From Auanema rhodensis (taxonomy: Eukaryota; Animalia; Nematoda), in contig CAXKVF010000073.1 of NCBI GenBank assembly GCA_964057225.1, positions 620,001-684,000 on the forward strand: 64,000 nucleotides of DNA. Reading direction: 5' to 3'. A program made the translations under genes and the position numbers. Below are positions 54,384-64,000 of the stretch, piece by piece. Within the stretch, counting starts at the first letter, position 1; every line of letters starts with the position of its first letter. The notes under the pieces are model-generated. The model was not told where the DNA came from, did no database searches, and worked only from the letters and a program-made list of their open reading frames with translations.

Positions 54384-57300
54384 AAATTTCAAAGTCATGG
54401 TTACCATGAACTAATATCAGTAAAAATTTGTTTTTAGACTAATATGGACATGGGGAATCTAATTTTGAAAACCGCATCTCTTTATCTTTCACGTGAAGCG
54501 AGTTACATACCAAGTGCACATCACGTGTACATTTAATTAGCATAAATTAAAGTTCACGTAAATTTCAAAGTCATGGTTACCATGAACCATTATCAATAAA
54601 AATTTGTTTTTAGACTAATATGGACATGGGGAATCTAATTTTGAAAACCGCATCTCTTTATCTTTCACGTGAAGCGAGTTACATACCAAGTGCACATCAC
54701 GTGTACATTTAATTAGCATAAATTAAAGTTCACGTAAATTTCAAAGTCATGGTTACCATGAACTAATATCAATAAAAATTTGTTTTTAGACTAATATGGA
54801 CATGGGGAATCTAATTTTGAAAACTGCATCTCTTTATCTTTCACGTGAAGCGAGTTACATACCAAGTGCACATCACGTGTACAATTAATTAGCATAAATT
54901 AAAGTTCACGTAAATTTCAAAGTCATGGTTACCATGAAGCAATATCAATAAAAATTTGTTTCTAGACTAATATGGACATGGGGAATCTAATTTTGAAAAC
55001 CGCATCTCTTTATCTTTCACGTGAAGCGAGTTACATACCAAGTGCACATCACGTGTACATTTAATTAGCATAAATTAAAGTTCACGTAAATTTCAAAGTC
55101 ATGGTTACCATGAAGCAATATCAATAAAAATTTGTTTTTAGACTAATATGGACATGGGGAATCTAATTTTGAAAACCACATCTCTTTATCTTTCACGTGA
55201 AGCGAGGTACATACCAAGTGCACATCACGTGTACAATTAATTAGCATAAATTAAAGTTCACGTAAATTTCAAAGTCATGGTTACCATGAACCAATATCAA
55301 TAAAAATTTGTTTTTAGACTAATATGTACATGGGGAATCTAATTTTGAAAACCGCATCTCTTTATCTTTCACGTGAAGCGAGTTACATACCAAGTGCACA
55401 TCACGTGTACATTTAATTAGCATAAATTAAAGTTCACGTAAATTTCAAAGTCATGGTTACCATGCACCAATATCAATAAAAATCTGTTTTTAGACTAATA
55501 TGGACATGGGGAATCTAATTTTGAAAACCGCATCTCTTTATCTTTCACGTGAAGCGAGTTACATACCAAGTGCACATCACGTGTACATTTAATTAGCATA
55601 AATTAAAGTTCACGTAAATTTCAAAGTCATGGTTACCATGAACCAATATCAATAAAAATTTGTTTTTAGACTAATATGGACATGGGGAATCTAATTTTGA
55701 AAACCGCATCTCTTTATCTTTCACGTGAAGCGAGTTACATACCAAGTGCACATCACGTGTACATTTAATTAGCATAAATTAAAGTTCACGTAAATTTCAA
55801 AGTCATGGTTACCATGCACCAATATCAATAAAAATTTGTTTTTAGACTAATATGAACATGGGAAATCTAATTTTGAAAACCGCATCTCTTTACCTTTCAC
55901 GTGAAGCGAGTTACATACCAAGTGCACATCACGTGTACATTTAATTAGCATAAATTAAAGTTCACGTAAATTTCAAAGTCATGGTTACCATGAAGCAATA
56001 TCAATAAAAATTTGTTTTTAGACTAATATGGACATGGGGAATCTAATTTTGAAAACCACATCTCTTTATCTCTCACGTGAAGCGAGTTACATACCAAGTG
56101 CACATCACGTGTACATTTAATTAGCATAAATTAAAGTTCACGTAAATTTCAAAGTCATGGTTACCATGAACCAATATCAATAAAAATTTGTTTTTAGACT
56201 AATATGGACATGGGGAATCTAATTTTGAAAACCGCATCTCTTTATCTTTCACGTGAAGCGAGTTACATACCAAGTGCACATCACGTGTACATTTAATTAG
56301 CATAAATTAAAGTTCACGTAAATTTCAAAGTCATGGTTACCATGAACTAATATCAATAAAAATTTGTTTTTAGACTAATATGGACATGGGGAATCTAATT
56401 TTGAAAACCGCATCTCTTTATCTTTCACGTGAAGCGAGTTACATACCAAGTGCACATCACGTGTACATTTAATTAGCATAAATTAAAGTTCACGTAAATT
56501 TCAAAGTCATGGTTACCATGAACCAATATCAATAAAAATTTGTTTTTAGACTAATATGGACATGGGGAATCTAATTTTGAAAACCGCATCTCTTTATCTT
56601 TCACGTGAAGCGAGTTACATACCAAGTGCACATCACGTGTACATTTAATTAGCATAATTTAAAGTTCACGTAAATTTCAAAGTCATGGTTACCATGCACC
56701 AATATCAATAAAAATTTGTTTTTAGACTAATATGAACATGGGGAATCTAATTTTGAAAACCGCATCTCTTTATCTTTCACGTGAAGCGAGTTACATACCA
56801 AGTGCACATCACGTGTACATTTAATTAGCATAAATTAAAGTTCACGTAAATTTCAAAGTCATGGTTACCATGAACCAATATCAATAAAAATTTGTTTTTA
56901 GACTAATATGGACATGGGGAATCTAATTTTGAAAACCGCATCTCTATATCTTTCACGTGAAGCGAGTTACATACCAAGTGCACATCACGTGTACATTTAA
57001 TTAGCATAAATTAAAGTTCACGTAAATTTCAAAGTCATGGTTACCATGCACCAATATCAATAAAAATTTGTTTTTAGACTAATATGGACATGGGGAATCT
57101 AATTTTGAAAACCGCATCTCTTTATCTTTCACGTGAAGCGAGTTACATACCAAGTGCACATCACGTGTACATTTAATTAGCATAAATTAAAGTTCACGTA
57201 AATTTCAAAGTCATGGTTACCATGAACCAATATCAATAAAAATTTGTTTTTAGACTAATATGGACATGAGGAATCTAATTTTGAAAACCGCATCTCTTTA

Positions 57301-60300
57301 TCTTTCACGTGAAGCGAGTTACATACCAAGTGCACATCACGTGTACATTTAATTAGCATAAATTAAAGTTCACGTAAATTTCAAAGTCATGGTTACCATG
57401 AACCAATATCAATAAAAATTTGTTTTTAGACTAATATGGACATGGGGAATCTAATTTTGAAAACCGCATCTCTTTATCTTTCACGTGAAGCGAGTTACAT
57501 ACCAAGTGCACATCACGTGTACATTTAATTAGCATAAATTAAAGTTCACGTAAATTTCAAAGTCATGGTTACCATGAACCAATATCAATAAAAATTTGTT
57601 TTTAGACTAATATGGACATGGGGAATCTAATTTTGAAAACCGCATCTCTTTATCTTTCACGTGAAGCGAGTTACATACCAAGTGCACATCACGTGTACAT
57701 TTAATTAGCATAAATTAAAGTTCACGTAAATTTCAAAGTCATGGTTACCATGAACCAATATCAATAAAAATTTGTTTTTAGACTAATATGGACATGGGGA
57801 ATCTAATTTTGAAAACCGCATCTCTTTATCTTTCACGTGAAGCGAGTTACATACCAAGTGCACATCACGTGTACATTTAATTAGCATAAATTAAAGTTCA
57901 CGTAAACTTCAAAGTCATGGTTACCATGCACCAATATCAATAAAAATTTGTTTTTAGACTAATATGGACATGGGGAATCTAATTTTGAAAACCGCATCTC
58001 TTTATCTTTCACGTGAAGCGAGTTACATACCAAGTGCACATCACGTGTACATTTAATTAGCATAAATTAAAGTTCACGTAAATTTCAAAGTCATGGTTAC
58101 CATGAACTAATATCAATAAAAATTTGTGTTAAGACTAATATGGACATGGGGAATCTAATTTTGAAAACCGCATCTCTTTATCTTTCACGTGAAGCGAGTT
58201 ACATACCAAGTGCACATCACGTGTACATTTAATTAGCATAATTTAAAGTTCACGTAAATTTCAAAGTCATGGTTACCATGCACCAATATCAATAAAAATT
58301 TGTTTTTAGACTAATATGAACATGGGGAATCTAATTTTGAAAACCGCATCTCTTTATCTTTCACGTGAAGCGAGTTACATACCAAGTGCACATCACGTGT
58401 ACATTTAATTAGCATAAATTAAAGTTCACGTAAATTTCAAAGTCATGGTTACCATGCACCAATATCAATAAAAATTTGTTTTTAGACTAATATGGACATG
58501 GGGAATCTAATTTTGAAAACCGCATCTCTTTATCTTTCACGTGAAGCGAGTTACATACCAAGTGCACATCACGTGTACATTTAATTAGCATAAATTAAAG
58601 TTCACGTAAATTTCAAAGTCATGGTTACCATGAACTAATATCAGTAAAAATTTGTTTTTAGACTAATATGGACATGGGGAATCTAATTTTGAAAACCGCA
58701 TCTCTTTATCTTTCACGTGAAGCGAGTTACATACCAAGTGCACATCACGTGTACATTTAATTAGCATAAATTAAAGTTCACGTAAATTTCAAAGTCATGG
58801 TTACCATGAACCATTATCAATAAAAATTTGTTTTTAGACTAATATGGACATGGGGAATCTAATTTTGAAAACCGCATCTCTTTATCTTTCACGTGAAGCG
58901 AGTTACATACCAAGTGCACATCACGTGTACATTTAATTAGCATAAATTAAAGTTCACGTAAATTTCAAAGTCATGGTTACCATGAACTAATATCAATAAA
59001 AATTTGTTTTTAGACTAATATGGACATGGGGAATCTAATTTTGAAAACTGCATCTCTTTATCTTTCACGTGAAGCGAGTTACATACCAAGTGCACATCAC
59101 GTGTACAATTAATTAGCATAAATTAAAGTTCACGTAAATTTCAAAGTCATGGTTACCATGAAGCAATATCAATAAAAATTTGTTTCTAGACTAATATGGA
59201 CATGGGGAATCTAATTTTGAAAACCGCATCTCTTTATCTTTCACGTGAAGCGAGTTACATACCAAGTGCACATCACGTGTACATTTAATTAGCATAAATT
59301 AAAGTTCACGTAAATTTCAAAGTCATGGTTACCATGAAGCAATATCAATAAAAATTTGTTTTTAGACTAATATGGACATGGGGAATCTAATTTTGAAAAC
59401 CACATCTCTTTATCTTTCACGTGAAGCGAGTTACATACCAAGTGCACATCACGTGTACAATTAATTAGCATAAATTAAAGTTCACGTAAATTTCAAAGTC
59501 ATGGTTACCATGAACCAATATCAATAAAAATTTGTTTTTAGACTAATATGTACATGGGGAATCTAATTTTGAAAACCGCATCTCTTTATCTTTCACGTGA
59601 AGCGAGTTACATACCAAGTGCACATCACGTGTACATTTAATTAGCATAAATTAAAGTTAACGTAAATTTCAAAGTCATGGTTACCATGCACCAATATCAA
59701 TAAAAATCTGTTTTTAGACTAATATGGACATGGGGAATCTAATTTTGAAAACCGCATCTCTTTATCTTTCACGTGAAGCGAGTTACATACCAAGTGCACA
59801 TCACGTGTACATTTAATTAGCATAAATTAAAGTTCACGTAAATTTCAAAGTCATGGTTACCATGAACCAATATCAATAAAAATTTGTTTTTAGACTAATA
59901 TGGACATGGGGAATCTAATTTTGAAAACCGCATCTCTTTATCTTTCACGTGAAGCGAGTTACATACCAAGTGCACATCACGTGTACATTTAATTAGCATA
60001 AATTAAAGTTCACGTAAATTTCAAAGTCATGGTTACCATGCACCAATATCAATAAAAATTTGTTTTTAGACTAATATGAACATGGGGAATCTAATTTTGA
60101 AAACCGCATCTCTTTATCTTTCACGTGAAGCGAGTTACATACCAAGTGCACATCACGTGTACATTTAATTAGCATAAATTAAAGTTCACGTAAATTTCAA
60201 AGTCATGGTTACCATGAAGCAATATCAATAAAAATTTGTTTTTAGACTAATATGGACATGGGGAATCTAATTTTGAAAACCACATCTCTTTATCTCTCAC

Positions 60301-61423
60301 GTGAAGCGAGTTACATACCAAGTGCACATCACGTGTACATTTAATTAGCATAAATTAAAGTTCACGTAAATTTCAAAGTCATGGTTACCATGAACCAATA
60401 TCAATAAAAATTTGTTTTTAGACTAATATGGACATGGGGAATCTAATTTTGAAAACCGCATCTCTTTATCTTTCACGTGAAGCGAGTTACATACCAAGTG
60501 CACATCACGTGTACATTTAATTAGCATAAATTAAAGTTCACGTAAATTTCAAAGTCATGGTTACCATGAACTAATATCAATAAAAATTTGTTTTTAGACT
60601 AATATGGACATGGGGAATCTAATTTTGAAAACCGCATCTCTTTATCTTTCACGTGAAGCGAGTTACATACCAAGTGCACATCACGTGTACATTTAATTAG
60701 CATAAATTAAAGTTCACGTAAATTTCAAAGTCATGGTTACCATGAACCAATATCAATAAAAATTTGTTTTTAGACTAATATGGACATGGGGAATCTAATT
60801 TTGAAAACCGCATCTCTTTATCTTTCACGTGAAGCGAGTTACATACCAAGTGCACATCACGTGTACATTTAATTAGCATAATTTAAAGTTCACGTAAATT
60901 TCAAAGTCATGGTTACCATGCACCAATATCAATAAAAATTTGTTTTTAGACTAATATGAACATGGGGAATCTAATTTTGAAAACCGCATCTCTTTATCTT
61001 TCACGTGAAGCGAGTTACATACCAAGTGCACATCACGTGTACATTTAATTAGCATAAATTAAAGTTCACGTAAATTTCAAAGTCATGGTTACCATGAACC
61101 AATATCAATAAAAATTTGTTTTTAGACTAATATGGACATGGGGAATCTAATTTTGAAAACCGCATCTCTATATCTTTCACGTGAAGCGAGTAACATACCA
61201 AGTGCACATCACGTGTACATTTAATTAGCATAAATTAAAGTTCACGTAAATTTCAAAGTCATGGTTACCATGCACCAATATCAATAAAAATTTGTTTTTA
61301 GACTAATATGGACATGGGGAATCTAATTTTGAAAACCGCATCTCTTTATCTTTCACGTGAAGCGAGTTACATACCAAGTGCACATCACGTGTACATTTAA
61401 TTAGCATAAATTAAAGTTCACGT
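54384..61423. repeat. 16-monomer block duplicated at a 24-monomer (4224-bp) offset: 54384-57199 and 58608-61423
   Basis: SNP pairs 4224 apart: 54420/58644 (atcagt), 54590/58814 (accatt), 54825/59049 (aactgc), 55484/59708 (aatctg), 56946/61170 (ctctat). Confidence 0.9.
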
Positions 61424-64000
61424 AAATTTCAAAGTCATGGTTACCATGCACCAATATCAATAAAAATTTGTTTTTAGACTAATATGAACATGGGGAATCT
61501 AATTTTGAAAACCGCATCTCTTTATCTTTCACGTGAAGCGAGTTACATACCAAGTGCACATCACGTGTACATTTAATTAGCATAAATTAAAGTTCACGTA
61601 AATTTCAAAGTCATGGTTACCATGAAGCAATATCAATAAAAATTTGTTTTTAGACTAATATGGACATGGGGAATCTAATTTTGAAAACCACATCTCTTTA
61701 TCTCTCACGTGAAGCGAGTTACATACCAAGTGCACATCACGTGTACATTTAATTAGCATAAATTAAAGTTCACGTAAATTTCAAAGTCATGGTTACCATG
61801 AACCAATATCAATAAAAATTTGTTTTTAGACTAATATGGACATGGGGAATCTAATTTTGAAAACCGCATCTCTTTATCTTTCACGTGAAGCGAGTTACAT
61901 ACCAAGTGCACATCACGTGTACATTTAATTAGCATAAATTAAAGTTCACGTAAATTTCAAAGTCATGGTTACCATGAACTAATATCAATAAAAATTTGTT
62001 TTTAGACTAATATGGACATGGGGAATCTAATTTTGAAAACCGCATCTCTTTATCTTTCACGTGAAGCGAGTTACATACCAAGTGCACATCACGTGTACAT
62101 TTAATTAGCATAAATTAAAGTTCACGTAAATTTCAAAGTCATGGTTACCATGAACCAATATCAATAAAAATTTGTTTTTAGACTAATATGGACATGGGGA
62201 ATCTAATTTTGAAAACCGCATCTCTTTATCTTTCACGTGAAGCGAGTTACATACCAAGTGCACATCACGTGTACATTTAATTAGCATAAATTAAAGTTCA
62301 CGTAAATTTCAAAGTCATGGTTACCATGAACTAATATCAATAAAAATTTGTTTTTAGACTAATATGGACATGGGGAATCTAATTTTGAAAACCGCATCTC
62401 TTTATCTTTCACGTGAAGCGAGTTACATACCAAGTGCACATCACGTGTACATTTAATTAGCATAAATTAAAGTTCACGTAAATTTCAAAGTCATGGTTAC
62501 CATGAACCAATATCAATAAAAATTTGTTTTTAGACTAATATGGACATGGGGAATCTAATTTTGAAAACCGCATCTCTTTATCTTTCACGTGAAGCGAGTT
62601 ACATACCAAGTGCACATCACGTGTACATTTAATTAGCATAATTTAAAGTTCACGTAAATTTCAAAGTCATGGTTACCATGCACCAATATCAATAAAAATT
62701 TGTTTTTAGACTAATATGAACATGGGGAATCTAATTTTGAAAACCGCATCTCTTTATCTTTCACGTGAAGCGAGTTACATACCAAGTGCACATCACGTGT
62801 ACATTTAATTAGCATAAATTAAAGTTCACGTAAATTTCAAAGTCATGGTTACCATGAACCAATATCAATAAAAATTTGTTTTTAGACTAATATGGACATG
62901 GGGAATCTAATTTTGAAAACCGCATCTCTATATCTTTCACGTGAAGCGAGTAACATACCAAGTGCACATCACGTGTACATTTAATTAGCATAAATTAAAG
63001 TTCACGTAAATTTCAAAGTCATGGTTACCATGCACCAATATCAATAAAAATTTGTTTTTAGACTAATATGGACATGGGGAATCTAATTTTGAAAACCGCA
63101 TCTCTTTATCTTTCACGTGAAGCGAGTTACATACCAAGTGCACATCACGTGTACATTTAATTAGCATAAATTAAAGTTCACGTAAATTTCAAAGTCATGG
63201 TTACCATGCACCAATATCAATAAAAATTTGTTTTTAGACTAATATGAACATGGGGAATCTAATTTTGAAAACCGCATCTCTTTATCTTTCACGTGAAGCG
63301 AGTTACATACCAAGTGCACATCACGTGTACATTTAATTAGCATAAATTAAAGTTCACGTAAATTTCAAAGTCATGGTTACCATGAAGCAATATCAATAAA
63401 AATTTGTTTTTAGACTAATATGGACATGGGGAATCTAATTTTGAAAACCACATCTCTTTATCTCTCACGTGAAGCGAGTTACATACCAAGTGCACATCAC
63501 GTGTACATTTAATTAGCATAAATTAAAGTTCACGTAAATTTCAAAGTCATGGTTACCATGAACCAATATCAATAAAAATTTGTTTTTAGACTAATATGGA
63601 CATGGGGAATCTAATTTTGAAAACCGCATCTCTTTATCTTTCACGTGAAGCGAGTTACATACCAAGTGCACATCACGTGTACATTTAATTAGCATAAATT
63701 AAAGTTCACGTAAATTTCAAAGTCATGGTTACCATGAACTAATATCAATAAAAATTTGTTTTTAGACTAATATGGACATGGGGAATCTAATTTTGAAAAC
63801 CGCATCTCTTTATCTTTCACGTGAAGCGAGTTACATACCAAGTGCACATCACGTGTACATTTAATTAGCATAAATTAAAGTTCACGTAAATTTCAAAGTC
63901 ATGGTTACCATGAACCAATATCAATAAAAATTTGTTTTTAGACTAATATGGACATGGGGAATCTAATTTTGAAAACCGCATCTCTTTATCTTTCACGTGA
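60016..64000. repeat. 8/10-monomer higher-order repeat, three copies, the last truncated by the window edge
   Basis: Units start at 60016, 61424 and 63184 with CACC/G64A followed by AAGC/G91A/T105C. T121A (gagtaac) is at 61192 and 62952, 1760 apart. Confidence 0.85.

Larger units (their letters stand above)
1..64000. repeat. 176-bp tandem satellite DNA array (363 full monomers + 113-bp partial), probably centromeric/pericentromeric
   Basis: aaatttcaaagtcatggttacc recurs at 1, 177, 353 ... 2641 (15x176+1), 5281 and so on. Phase is kept to 41185, shifts by -1 after 41350 (starts at 41360+176k), and the last start is 63888. Counted GC is 56/176 (~32%). The array continues past both window edges. 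Centromeric role is inferred only. Confidence 0.99.

Noticed and set aside
1-64000. CRISPR array or other repeat-spacer system (palindromic repeat followed by variable bases)
   Set aside because: There are no unique spacers and no cas genes. The variable part is four bases with a few recurring alleles inherited in duplicated blocks.
1-64000. Hidden insertion, inversion or transposon within the array
   Set aside because: The 176-bp phase is arithmetically preserved from start to end apart from the single -1 shift, and every part I read matches the monomer in the same orientation.

Overview
The whole 64-kb window is one uninterrupted head-to-tail satellite DNA array: 363 complete copies of a 176-bp, ~32% GC monomer plus a 113-bp partial copy, all in the same orientation. 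Consensus (phase from base 1): aaatttcaaagtcatggttaccatgaaccaatatcaataaaaatttgtttttagactaatatggacatggggaatctaattttgaaaaccgcatctctttatctttcacgtgaagcgagttacataccaagtgcacatcacgtgtacatttaattagcataaattaaagttcacgt. Copies usually differ from consensus by 0-4 substitutions. I found only one indel, a 1-bp deletion at ~41350. I see no genes, RNA genes, transposons or CRISPR array, and the two 60-aa ORFs are chance products of one SNP. Nucleosome-scale monomer length, AT richness, high homogeneity and several short dyad symmetries fit a eukaryotic centromeric or pericentromeric satellite. That is inference, and I cannot name the species or family from memory. The informative signal lies in the variants: a polymorphic 4-base site (monomer positions 26-29) and rarer SNPs reveal nested, irregular higher-order duplications (2-, 3-, 6-, 7-, 8/10- and 12-monomer tandem units; 16-, 24-, 35-, 56- and ~82-monomer offsets), region-specific variant domains and a recombinant monomer. 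I found no support for a new protein-coding system. Variant names such as G91A use monomer positions. All typing was done by eye and should be confirmed computationally.
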